A stretch of DNA of 64,000 nucleotides from an uncultured Pseudanabaenaceae cyanobacterium (GTDB lineage: Bacteria; Cyanobacteriota; Cyanobacteriia; PCC-9006; JAAUQQ01). Made by a program: the position numbers and the translations under genes. The notes under the pieces are model-generated. The model worked only from the letters and a program-made list of their open reading frames with translations, was not told the DNA's origin and ran no database searches. Below are positions 49,485-57,859 of this stretch, one piece after another (position 1 is the stretch's first letter; each line of letters opens with the position of its first letter). The stretch lies in assembly GCA_938017515.1 (NCBI GenBank), contig CALIJJ010000060.1:18633-82632 (forward strand), written 5' to 3'.

Positions 49485-50987
49485 ATGACACTGTTCTGGC
49501 TAGCGATCTTGGGATGGCTGACGTACATCATTTTGAGGCGAAGCGTGCCACTCCTCTCTGGCGGGAGGATTTGGGTGCTTTGGACCGTGATGATGGCACC
49601 GGCCCTGATTTGGACCACTTGGGGACTGCTGCATGAGGAGAGCGAGCAGCAAATCCCGCTACTGTTGATTTTGGGACCCTTTTTCCTCTGTCCCTTGATC
49701 TACCTTGTTTTGATTACACGCTGGCGACCCACCCCCTCAAGCCCTGATACAGCGAGTCAATCGCTTCAATCTGACGCCGCTGAGAAGGCCACGGCCATTC
49801 GTAAATCCCTCCTACCTTCGAGCAAGCCGCCGCTGAATGCAGAGGAAGAGTCTGAACTGCGCCGGTGCTTTTCGCTCTCAACCTACTTTCTGCACAAGGT
49901 GGAATATCGTCTCCAAGCCGTAATTTGCCAGGGGCAACTGCGCACAACTGCTGACGAAGCCTATGCGGTAATCGATGAAAAGGTGAAGGGCTCCTTTGGC
50001 GATCGCTTCCTGGTCCTGCTCCAGGAGGATTTCAGCGGTAAGCCCTACTTCGCGCTGGTGCCCAATCCCCATCGCAAACGCATTGAGCAGACTCGACAGG
50101 CCACGGCTACCCCTCGCTATCCCCTTGCTCTGGGCCTCTTGCTGCTGACCCTGTTCACGACAACCCTCGTGGGCACAGGCATGGTGGGGAGTCCCATCGA
50201 TTCCTTTGAAACCATTGCCCAGCAGCCAAATTTGCTCCAGAAGGGCTTGCCCTATGCCTTGCCATTACTGCTCATTCTTGGCATGCACGAGGGTGGACAC
50301 TTTTGGGCCGCGCGCCGCTACAAGCTCAAGACCTCTCTGCCTTATTTCATTCCTGTACCTTCATTCCTGGGAACCTTTGGCGCCTTTATCCAAATCCGTT
50401 CCCCCATGCCCAACCGCAAAATTTTGTTTGATGTGGGCATTGCGGGGCCGCTGGCAGGGTTGATCGTGACATTGCCCCTGCTAGCCTGGGGCATTGCCCA
50501 TTCCCAGGTGGTGCCGATGGATACGGAATCCACGCTACTCAATTTCAGTGCTCTGGATCCGAAGCATTCGATTTTGATGACCCTGATGAGCCGCTTCTTT
50601 CTGGGAGAAGCGCTGACGCTCAATGGAGCACTGGCCCTTCACCCGGTCGCGATCGCAGGCTATCTTGGCCTGGTGGTGACAGCCTTGAACCTGATGCCCA
50701 TTGGTCAACTGGATGGCGGTCATGTCGTCCACGCTATGTTTGGCCAAAAATCTGGGGCGATCATTGGGCAAGTCGCTCGATTGTTAGTGTTGTTGCTTTC
50801 CCTGGTACAGAAGGAGCTATTGCTCTGGGCCCTGCTGCTGTTCTTTATCCCTGCGGTGGATGAGCCCGCGCTGAATGATGTCAGCGAGTTGGATGATGGT
50901 CGAGACATTCTTGGTTTGGCTTCGTTGGCCCTGTTGTTCTTGATTATTCTGCCGACACCGTCAGTTCTTGCTAACCTCATCCTGTAA
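49485..50987 (+). CDS. M50 family site-2 protease (membrane metalloprotease)
   Basis: 500 aa polytopic protein. HEGGHFWAARRY (HExxH) and NLMPIGQLDGGH (NxxPxxxLDG). Confidence 0.85.
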   Translation: MTLFWLAILGWLTYIILRRSVPLLSGGRIWVLWTVMMAPALIWTTWGLLHEESEQQIPLLLILGPFFLCPLIYLVLITRWRPTPSSPDTASQSLQSDAAEKATAIRKSLLPSSKPPLNAEEESELRRCFSLSTYFLHKVEYRLQAVICQGQLRTTADEAYAVIDEKVKGSFGDRFLVLLQEDFSGKPYFALVPNPHRKRIEQTRQATATPRYPLALGLLLLTLFTTTLVGTGMVGSPIDSFETIAQQPNLLQKGLPYALPLLLILGMHEGGHFWAARRYKLKTSLPYFIPVPSFLGTFGAFIQIRSPMPNRKILFDVGIAGPLAGLIVTLPLLAWGIAHSQVVPMDTESTLLNFSALDPKHSILMTLMSRFFLGEALTLNGALALHPVAIAGYLGLVVTALNLMPIGQLDGGHVVHAMFGQKSGAIIGQVARLLVLLLSLVQKELLLWALLLFFIPAVDEPALNDVSELDDGRDILGLASLALLFLIILPTPSVLANLIL

Positions 50988-51045
50988 TCTGGCTAGCTGT
51001 CATCTAGCTACAATAATCCGGCTGAAATCTGGAGCGAACGGTTGC

Positions 51046-51477
51046 ATGAGTCAAGACGTTACCCAATGGCTAGAAGAAATTAAAGCCCTGCGCAGCCAAT
51101 TAGCGACGGTTCAGCAGGAACGGGATGAAGCTTTTAAGGAATCATCCACCTGGCGCGATCGCCTCAATGCAGAAATGCAGCTGCGCATGCGGGAGACAAC
51201 CCTGCTGAAACAGCAAATCGACACCCTGGAAGGCGATCGGGCCGAGTCCGAGGAGGAGCCATCCAGTGCAGGGGTGAGCGACAAACTTCAGGGCACGCTG
51301 TCTCAGCTCACCAATCTGGAGGATCTGCGGCAGTTTGCCATTGAGCTAGCCCAGGAGCGCGATCGCCTTCGTCAGGAGCTGCAATCCGAGCGTCAGGCCC
51401 ACCAATCCACCCGCGAAAGTCTGAGCATTGCCCTAGGCGACACCATTGATTTGTTGACTCAGCGTCCGTCCACCTAG
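51046..51477 (+). CDS. hypothetical coiled-coil protein (143 aa)
   Basis: From ATG 51046 (GGAG 11 nt upstream). MSQDVTQWLEEIKALRSQLATVQQERDEAFKE... is heptad-rich throughout. The track ORF starts earlier, at 50968, and overlaps the S2P gene end. Confidence 0.5.
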   Translation: MSQDVTQWLEEIKALRSQLATVQQERDEAFKESSTWRDRLNAEMQLRMRETTLLKQQIDTLEGDRAESEEEPSSAGVSDKLQGTLSQLTNLEDLRQFAIELAQERDRLRQELQSERQAHQSTRESLSIALGDTIDLLTQRPST

Positions 51478-52725
51478 GGAAGCTGAACTGCCCTGGGTGA
51501 CTGTTACGGGAACCAGGGCCGATGCGGCTGCATCGGTCGAGCTAGGTGCTTGACTGATGGAGGGAGCGGACTCTGGGATGGAACGGACGGAAGGGCTGTC
51601 CGGGATTGTATCGATGTCCGGGGCTGCATCGATGTCTGAGCCTGTCTTGATCGTTGAGCTTGGATCGATGTCTTGGCCTGTCTTGATCGTTGAGCCTAAT
51701 TCAGGCTCGGAGGCTGAACCCGCACCCAAGCGAGAACTCACATAGTTGCGTACCCGTTGACGTTGCTGGGGCTTGATCAGCCAGAGGCTCAGATAAATCA
51801 GCAGCAGTCTGGGGGTTGGCAGCCCGACCTCGCAGGCGGCGCGTAGGAGTTGGGTAAAGGCTTGTCTGTCTTTGGCCTGGGAGGCGTTGGCGGCCACTTC
51901 CGTGAGAATAAAGGTTTGGTAGGCCTGGGCTGAGAGGTGCTGACGATGCTGCTGAATCCAGGCTAAGGATGCCTGCCACGTTGCCCTTGGGCGATTGCGA
52001 GGATGGGGATGCAGGCCGAGACGATCCCTGCGACTGATACAGCCCGTCATTTTTTGGATTTCAAAGCCGACGCCGTTAACCCGAGCGATGCGTAGCAGCC
52101 AGCCCCGTTCGTCGTCTTGGGCGATGGATTCGGCCGTGGCTTGGGGGACTGCTGACCCGAGGGGAGGCACGGTGGGCAGACGCAGGGGGAAGGCCCGGGC
52201 CAGGGCTGTGGGAAAGAGGAGGGTGGAGCGATGCATCAGACCTTCACCGAGGAAGCCACTTTTGCGTCGGAAAAGATAATCGCCGATTGATTCTTCGGGT
52301 TGGGGCAATCGCCGGGGCCACAATTCTTCTCCAGCCTCGCTCACCATCGTCAGACGACAGCTCACCACCGGGAACTTGTGCTGGGAGTCTTGAGCAAGCT
52401 GTTGTTGCGCCGCTAATTTTTCCGGTTGCCACTCGTCCTCATCATGGAGCAGGGCAACCCATGCGCCCCTGGCGTTATTGATGCCCACTTGCCAGGCATT
52501 GAGTTTGCTGGTTTGCCCCTCCTGCATGACGATTTGAAGGTTTTGGATATCCATTTTGAACAGTTCCCGGCAGACCGAAGCATTGGGGCCATCTAAGACC
52601 ACAATGACTTCGAGGGGTTGAAGGGTTTGCCGCTCTACACTCTCCAGGGCACGACGCAGCAAAAAACGCTGCTCTCCGGCGGGACGACGAGGAACGGATA
52701 CCACAACACTGACGGGAAACTCCAT
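51433..52725 (-). CDS. glycosyltransferase family 2-like protein with repetitive C-terminal tail
   Basis: 430 aa. The N-terminus VSVVVSVPRRPAGEQRFLLRRALESVERQTLQPLEVIVVLDG and the LLHDEDEW (DxD-like) motif resemble GT2. The C-terminal tail has STIKTG(Q/S)DID repeats. Its last 45 nt overlap the convergent coiled-coil ORF. Confidence 0.65.
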   Translation of the reverse strand: MEFPVSVVVSVPRRPAGEQRFLLRRALESVERQTLQPLEVIVVLDGPNASVCRELFKMDIQNLQIVMQEGQTSKLNAWQVGINNARGAWVALLHDEDEWQPEKLAAQQQLAQDSQHKFPVVSCRLTMVSEAGEELWPRRLPQPEESIGDYLFRRKSGFLGEGLMHRSTLLFPTALARAFPLRLPTVPPLGSAVPQATAESIAQDDERGWLLRIARVNGVGFEIQKMTGCISRRDRLGLHPHPRNRPRATWQASLAWIQQHRQHLSAQAYQTFILTEVAANASQAKDRQAFTQLLRAACEVGLPTPRLLLIYLSLWLIKPQQRQRVRNYVSSRLGAGSASEPELGSTIKTGQDIDPSSTIKTGSDIDAAPDIDTIPDSPSVRSIPESAPSISQAPSSTDAAASALVPVTVTQGSSASLGGRTLSQQINGVA

Positions 52726-52924
52726 GGGTGACTTCCGGGTACGAGGACACTTCCATTTAAGTAATTCCCCTTAGGCAATCAAGTTTTTAGGTTTACTCCT
52801 GTCGATGTTTTTGGGTATTTCACGGAGCCTACGGAGGGCACCAAAACTTGGAGAAGAAGGGCTGTTTGTCCTGGTAATTGATTTGCAGGCCAAATTTTCG
52901 CGCTTGCCATTGATGGGGAATCCA

Positions 52925-53989
52925 TCAGTTTTGTTCGTTGGTCGGCCCAAGCTGGGCTTGGACGAGGGCTGGGAATCCTGGATATTCGCTAAGGGGTTTG
53001 CCTAGTCGGAGATTCAGGTGCGGACATTGGGCACGAAGCTGATGTTCTAGCTCCTGAAGGCGTTGGGCGATCGCATCGGTGAGTCCCCCCTCGAACAGAA
53101 AGTAGGGCAATACCTCAATGGTGAGATGGGTCGCCCTGTTTGTCCCCGTCCCAGGAATAGGGTGAGCTTGACCCGGCTGTCCCGGTACATTTTTCTCGGG
53201 TTGAATCGCTGTATTGTTTTGCCCCTGCTCCGCGAGTTGCTGCTGTACGACACTTTGGATTTGCTGAGACAAGCTTTCTGGCTTGACCCAGTAGGCCACA
53301 GGCAGACCCAGGCGATCGCCCAGGGCCTGAATATGCTCACTTGCCCCCGTTCGACGACTGCCGTGGGCCATCAAAATTTGAAATGTTTTGCTGCTGCTGG
53401 AAGTCGTCAAGACTGATGTTGAGCCCAGGAGTGTGGCCATAGCCTGGTGTTGGCTGCCGAGGTAGGGCAATACGTCTATCTCAACTCCCTGATAGCGAGC
53501 GTCTTCGGCAAGCGCGCGCTTGGCTTGTTCCACTTCCGCGGGAATGTCCTCCATGACATGGACACCCGGTAGCAAGAACAGGGGCAGAATCTTGAGGCAG
53601 CTCCCCGCGCTCAACTTGCAGTGGTGGACGAAGTCTTGAATCTGTTGGTGGAGTGCTGTGGGTCCTAGCTCCAAAACTGCTGTGCCGATCTGGAGCGCTG
53701 TGCTTTGGTTTTGGGGACGCAGGATGGCAAGTTGACCTTCCGATTTAGAGGTACTTTGCAGGGAAGGACTGGGCCGTGAAGGACTGCTCAGGTCTGAGTC
53801 CAGGGGAGGATGGGCATTGCCCGAACCAGAGGACGTCTGAAGATGATGAACCAGGGCCTGAGCCCCCTGCTCGGAGCGTGGGTCACGACTGCCATGGGTG
53901 ACCAGCAAATAAGCCGTGGAAGACTTTTCATCCTTGGCTGGGGAAGACATTGCTTGGGAAGGTCTCGTTTGGGAAGGCATCGCACACAT
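52925..53989 (-). CDS. cbiX: sirohydrochlorin chelatase CbiX (two-domain form)
   Basis: 354 aa. The two CbiX halves each have the (L/M)xHGSR motif (LLVTHGSRDPRSEQGAQAL and ILMAHGSRRTGASEHIQAL). A Ser/Pro-rich insert lies in the first half. Confidence 0.85.
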   Translation of the reverse strand: MCAMPSQTRPSQAMSSPAKDEKSSTAYLLVTHGSRDPRSEQGAQALVHHLQTSSGSGNAHPPLDSDLSSPSRPSPSLQSTSKSEGQLAILRPQNQSTALQIGTAVLELGPTALHQQIQDFVHHCKLSAGSCLKILPLFLLPGVHVMEDIPAEVEQAKRALAEDARYQGVEIDVLPYLGSQHQAMATLLGSTSVLTTSSSSKTFQILMAHGSRRTGASEHIQALGDRLGLPVAYWVKPESLSQQIQSVVQQQLAEQGQNNTAIQPEKNVPGQPGQAHPIPGTGTNRATHLTIEVLPYFLFEGGLTDAIAQRLQELEHQLRAQCPHLNLRLGKPLSEYPGFPALVQAQLGPTNEQN

Positions 53990-54112
53990 TGCTCCTAAAA
54001 CACCTCAGATTTCATCAGGCCAAGCCCACAGGGTAAACGATGGGACGCATCCACGCTGCTCGGGCGCCTATGAGTGTTGGACTTTGAGCCAGAAACGCCT
54101 GTGATGGACGAA

Positions 54113-54310
54113 CGAAAAAAATGGCCTTCCCGCACTTAGGAAAGGCCATTGTTCATGCATCAATCTTGGTAGGCACCCTTCTTTCACTGGAAGGTGCGAA
54201 GGTCCGGTGGCATGCAGTGGGAGCTACTGTCGTCGGACCGCCGCTTTTACCGAATCAGCCAAGAGAAGAAATCTTCTGTGGCCCCTGATGATCGGTGGTG
54301 TCACTGAGAC
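54113..54310 (-). ncRNA. candidate structured RNA / riboswitch-like leader with its own intrinsic terminator, upstream of cbiX
   Basis: On the minus strand there are three consecutive hairpins. The first has CAG..CUG, GCCA..UGGC and AGAAGA..UCUUCU pairings. The second is GGUCCG..CGGACC enclosing CAGU..ACUG. The third is GCACCUU..AAGGGUGC. A terminator follows (AUGGCCUU(U)CC..GGAAGGCCAU plus U7, plus-strand 54115-54149). No ORF. Class unconfirmed. Confidence 0.35.
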
Positions 54311-54757
54311 AAAACTAAGACATTACAGCCATATGGCCCAATGCTTTCTAGAGGACTTTATTGAAAAAAGATAGAACAGCTTCCTGTATGAAGCTTCTCT
54401 GCCGATGATGGCTGATGTTCTCCGTATAATCTCGGGTACGCAATCCCAGGTAAATACGGAGATGTACTGAGCCTCGGTTCACTAGAATAAACCAGCGCGG
54501 AGTCATGTTGAATCTTAAGAAAAGCCTATGATTATCAAGGGTATAGAGAAATTTACGCTTTTCTTTTAATCCTTTTCCCAACGTTCTATGGATTGGTGTT
54601 TCGCTGTGTCAGCCGGGCAGATTCACAACAGTCGGTCTCACCCGTGATTGCGTCAAATGAGCGGTGAAAAGGCTGTTGTGTTGAACGCTGTCTCCCTCCA
54701 TTCTGTTTCACCCGAACCACCCAGTCTCCAGTCCTTTGCCAGGCCGGTTCTCAAACC

Positions 54758-56740
54758 CTAATCCCGATGGAACCCTAAATATCCCCGGGGTGTGATGAGC
54801 CAGTTCTGATGATTGAGCGTGCTGGCGTTGCCAATGAGAACCGTGGTCAACATATCGATGGTTGAGTCGAGTAGGGCTCCCAGTGTTGTGATCGTAATTT
54901 GTTCGGTCTCTCGATAGGCGGATTGAACCAGTGCAACCGGTGTCTCGGGGTTGCGGTGTTCAAGGAAAATGCTTTGGGCTGTTTCGATTTGTGTGAGACG
55001 CGTTTTGGACTTGGGATTGTAGAGTGCCACCACAAAATCTGCTTGGGCAGCCGCTCGCAGCCGCTTTTCGATCATCTCCCAGGGCGTTAGCAGATCGCTG
55101 AGGCTGATGGCACAAAAGTCATGCATCAGCGGTGTACCCACTCGGGCGGCGGCGGCTTGCAGCGCTGTGATACCTGGATAGACTTGGACGCTGGGGCTGG
55201 CCCCATCCCAACCGGCTTGGCTGAGGCTTTCCATCACGAGTCCCGCCATGCCATAGATGCCGCTGTCGCCGGAGGAGATCACCGCGACAGAGAGTCCCCA
55301 ATGGGCCAGTGCGATGGCCCGTTCTGCCCGGGCGCGTTCCTGGGTGATGGGCAGGGCTTCGACGATTTGGCCGGGGCGTAGTAAGGGACGAATCAGATCG
55401 ATGTAGAGGGAGTAGCCAATTACCGCATCCACTGCTGCGATCGCCCCCTTGGCTGCGGGAGTCATCTGATTCAAAGCGCCGGGGCCAATTCCCACTAGGG
55501 CAAGATGCCCTGGGCGTCCCGTGTATTCCGTTTGAGCTTGGGCGATGGCAACGGTCACAGCCCCCGGCTCACCCTCCAGCCGGTGAATTTGTTTTGTGAC
55601 CTGTAGTTTCGGGGCCTGTAATTGGGGAGATTCTGATGGGTCTGATGTTGCTGCTGCGATCGCAGCGGCTTCCGAAACACTGGGGGTTCCAACCTCAGCC
55701 AACACGACGTCGGAGGGCGTGGGCACAGGAATGTCGCGCAGTGTTTCTGCCGTAAAGCATCGTAGGGGCCAGTCTCGGGCTTCGCATAGGTCTAGTAGCC
55801 CCGCTTCATCGGCTTTGAGGTCGAGGGAGGCAATGCCTGCGATCGCTCCCTCGGCGAAGTGGCTGGCTTGGCAGGTGCGGGCGATCGCGGTTTCAATCAA
55901 GTGCCGGGAGCTGCCTCGCTCACAGCCGATCCCCACCCACAGCACCCGAGGATGCCACTGGACCTTGGCACTGGTGGCTTCAAACTTGCGCTGGGTTGCA
56001 CTAATCCAGATCCGGGCTTGGGGGTCTGGTGCCTCAGTGGGCTGTTCCGTTTGTTCTTTTGATGAGTCCTCTGATGGCTTTTGGGTTGCCCCGGCTGTTG
56101 ACGCTTCCGAGAAGCCGAACTGAAACGGATGACCTGCGGGGAGATGGGCTTGCCAGAGGGGCGATCCGGCATCTTGGAGGACTTGGACTGGCTTGCCCTG
56201 GGCAATGGTGGCGCTGACGCTGGTCCAGTTGCCGCTGCCCCGATGCCAGCCAAAGGGGTTGCCCAGAATGTCGATGCCGGGCAGATCTTGCTGAGCCGAT
56301 GCGCCGGTAATGATGGGGGTTGCCCCGAGTTGTGTGGCGACTAAGCGGGCGAGCTGATCCGCACCGCCCTGGTGACCGCCACAAAGGCTGATGACATAGT
56401 CTCCAGATGCGTCAACAACAATGATGGCTGGGTCTGTGGCCTTGTCTTGCAGCAGGGGAGCGATGAGGCGAGTGGTTGCGCCCGCCGCGAGGCAAAAGAT
56501 AAAGGCGCGATGGTGGGGCCAGAGGGTGGCGAGATGATCGCTCAGTGAGCCCGCATAGGTTTGGATGTGGCTATCGGCGGCACCATCGCTGGAGGGATTG
56601 GAACGATCGTGGTGCTGGAGAGACGGCGGAACCCAAACGGGAACTGCAGATTGAATGAGGGGATGTAGGGTTTTGAGGGCCTGGGGAGTGGTGGCGATCG
56701 CCGCCATGGGCCAGCCAGTTTTAGACGCAAAATCGAGCAC
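54758..56740 (-). CDS. cobJ: bifunctional cobalt-precorrin-5A hydrolase (CbiG) / precorrin-3B C17-methyltransferase (CobJ/CbiH)
   Basis: 660 aa. The N-terminal two thirds are CbiG-like (ATTRLIAPLLQDKATDPAIIVVD ... IASLDLKADEAGL). The C-terminal third is a tetrapyrrole methylase (HLALVGIGPGALNQMTPAA ... VAVISSGDSGIYGMAGLVME). Confidence 0.88.
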   Translation of the reverse strand: MLDFASKTGWPMAAIATTPQALKTLHPLIQSAVPVWVPPSLQHHDRSNPSSDGAADSHIQTYAGSLSDHLATLWPHHRAFIFCLAAGATTRLIAPLLQDKATDPAIIVVDASGDYVISLCGGHQGGADQLARLVATQLGATPIITGASAQQDLPGIDILGNPFGWHRGSGNWTSVSATIAQGKPVQVLQDAGSPLWQAHLPAGHPFQFGFSEASTAGATQKPSEDSSKEQTEQPTEAPDPQARIWISATQRKFEATSAKVQWHPRVLWVGIGCERGSSRHLIETAIARTCQASHFAEGAIAGIASLDLKADEAGLLDLCEARDWPLRCFTAETLRDIPVPTPSDVVLAEVGTPSVSEAAAIAAATSDPSESPQLQAPKLQVTKQIHRLEGEPGAVTVAIAQAQTEYTGRPGHLALVGIGPGALNQMTPAAKGAIAAVDAVIGYSLYIDLIRPLLRPGQIVEALPITQERARAERAIALAHWGLSVAVISSGDSGIYGMAGLVMESLSQAGWDGASPSVQVYPGITALQAAAARVGTPLMHDFCAISLSDLLTPWEMIEKRLRAAAQADFVVALYNPKSKTRLTQIETAQSIFLEHRNPETPVALVQSAYRETEQITITTLGALLDSTIDMLTTVLIGNASTLNHQNWLITPRGYLGFHRD

Positions 56741-56992
56741 AGAGGTCTGTTAAAAGGAGGACTTCGTCATTATCGCAGTGCAGCTTAGAGCGATCGCCTG
56801 ATTACTTCAAATTGCAACTTATTTCGGCATCTCTATATAGAATGAGGTTTAGCCCGTAAGGCTTCCAAGCCCATTCCATCGCGAGATTGGGCGAGATTGT
56901 CTAGCGCTTTACCCCGGTCTGTTTCAGTACAAAGGCTGTTCATTATAAGAGCGGTTAATTGTAGTTTTGTCATCAACCTATATGGATATTGC

Positions 56993-57796
56993 ATGACTGT
57001 TATCACTGCGGTTCAAAAAGGCAACGAAATTTCCATTGCTTGTGATACCCAGACGACTAGCAGTGACCTGCGCTATAAGGTCACGGCGGCTTATCGGGCC
57101 AATTCCAATAAGCTTCTGACCTATGGTGACAATATTCTGGGCCATTCCGGTAGCAATGCCATCAAGCAAATTCTGGAAGCCCTGTTTCGGGAAGATAGCG
57201 ATGCCCCTGCGTTGGCCTCTCGCGACGAAATTTTTCAATGGCTCCTCGCGATTCAGCCTGAACTTAAGGAGACCTATCTGATCAAGCCCTCAGGGGATAG
57301 CAAAAATCAGCCCGTGGAATCCAATCAGGTCAGCATTGCCCTCGTGGTTAATCCCCATGGCATCTTTAGCCTGAACGGCTACCGGGAGGTCAATGAGTTT
57401 CTCAAATTCTGGGCGATTGGTAGCGGCCAGCATTTTGCGCTGGGGGCGATGCAGGCCGTGTACGATTTGGACTTCTCTGCCGCTCAGATTGCAGAGGCAG
57501 GCGTTTTGGCTGCGACGGAGTTTTGCCCCTACTCGGCTAAGCCGGTTCAGGTGAAAACGATTCAACGGGCTCAGATTTCGGAGGAACGTTCAGGGTCCAA
57601 GGCGGTCGCAAAAAAAGCGGCATCTCCCCAAAAAACAGCAGCTAAAAAAGTGACGGCTAAAAAAGCAACGGCTAAAAAGGCTGCATCCCAAGCAACGCCA
57701 GCCAAAAAAGCAACGGCTAAAAAAGCAGCGGCCAAAAAAACAACGACCAAAAAAACGGCTGCGAAGCAGACCATCCGTAAGGGAGCGATCCGCTAG
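56993..57796 (+). CDS. HslV/proteasome-beta-like Ntn (Thr) peptidase domain fused to a histone-H1-like Lys/Ala-rich tail
   Basis: From ATG 56993. MTVITAVQKGNEISIACDTQTT aligns by eye with the HslV N-terminus (Thr after Met). NSNKLLTYGDNILGHSGS matches the Lys33 region, and WAIGSGQHFALGAM matches the GSG motif. The C-terminal roughly 65 aa are AKKA/TAKK repeats. Confidence 0.7.
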   Translation: MTVITAVQKGNEISIACDTQTTSSDLRYKVTAAYRANSNKLLTYGDNILGHSGSNAIKQILEALFREDSDAPALASRDEIFQWLLAIQPELKETYLIKPSGDSKNQPVESNQVSIALVVNPHGIFSLNGYREVNEFLKFWAIGSGQHFALGAMQAVYDLDFSAAQIAEAGVLAATEFCPYSAKPVQVKTIQRAQISEERSGSKAVAKKAASPQKTAAKKVTAKKATAKKAASQATPAKKATAKKAAAKKTTTKKTAAKQTIRKGAIR

Positions 57797-57859
57797 GATT
57801 CAGCTACCTGATGGATTAATCTTTTTTTGTAGGAATTGTTGGTTGAGTCAATTCTGAGC

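Noticed and set aside
54113-54310. SRP (4.5S) RNA or 6S RNA identity for the structured RNA near cbiX
   Set aside because: GGTCCGG superficially recalls the SRP domain IV sequence. However, the GGAA tetraloop and AGCAGCC context are missing. The 5-prime and 3-prime ends also do not pair into the long closing helix expected of 6S RNA.
54348-54581. 77-aa minus-strand ORF in the AT-rich island, considered as a possible transposase fragment
   Set aside because: I recognise no transposase motif, and I found no terminal inverted repeats or target duplications. It is kept only as part of the AT-rich island finding.
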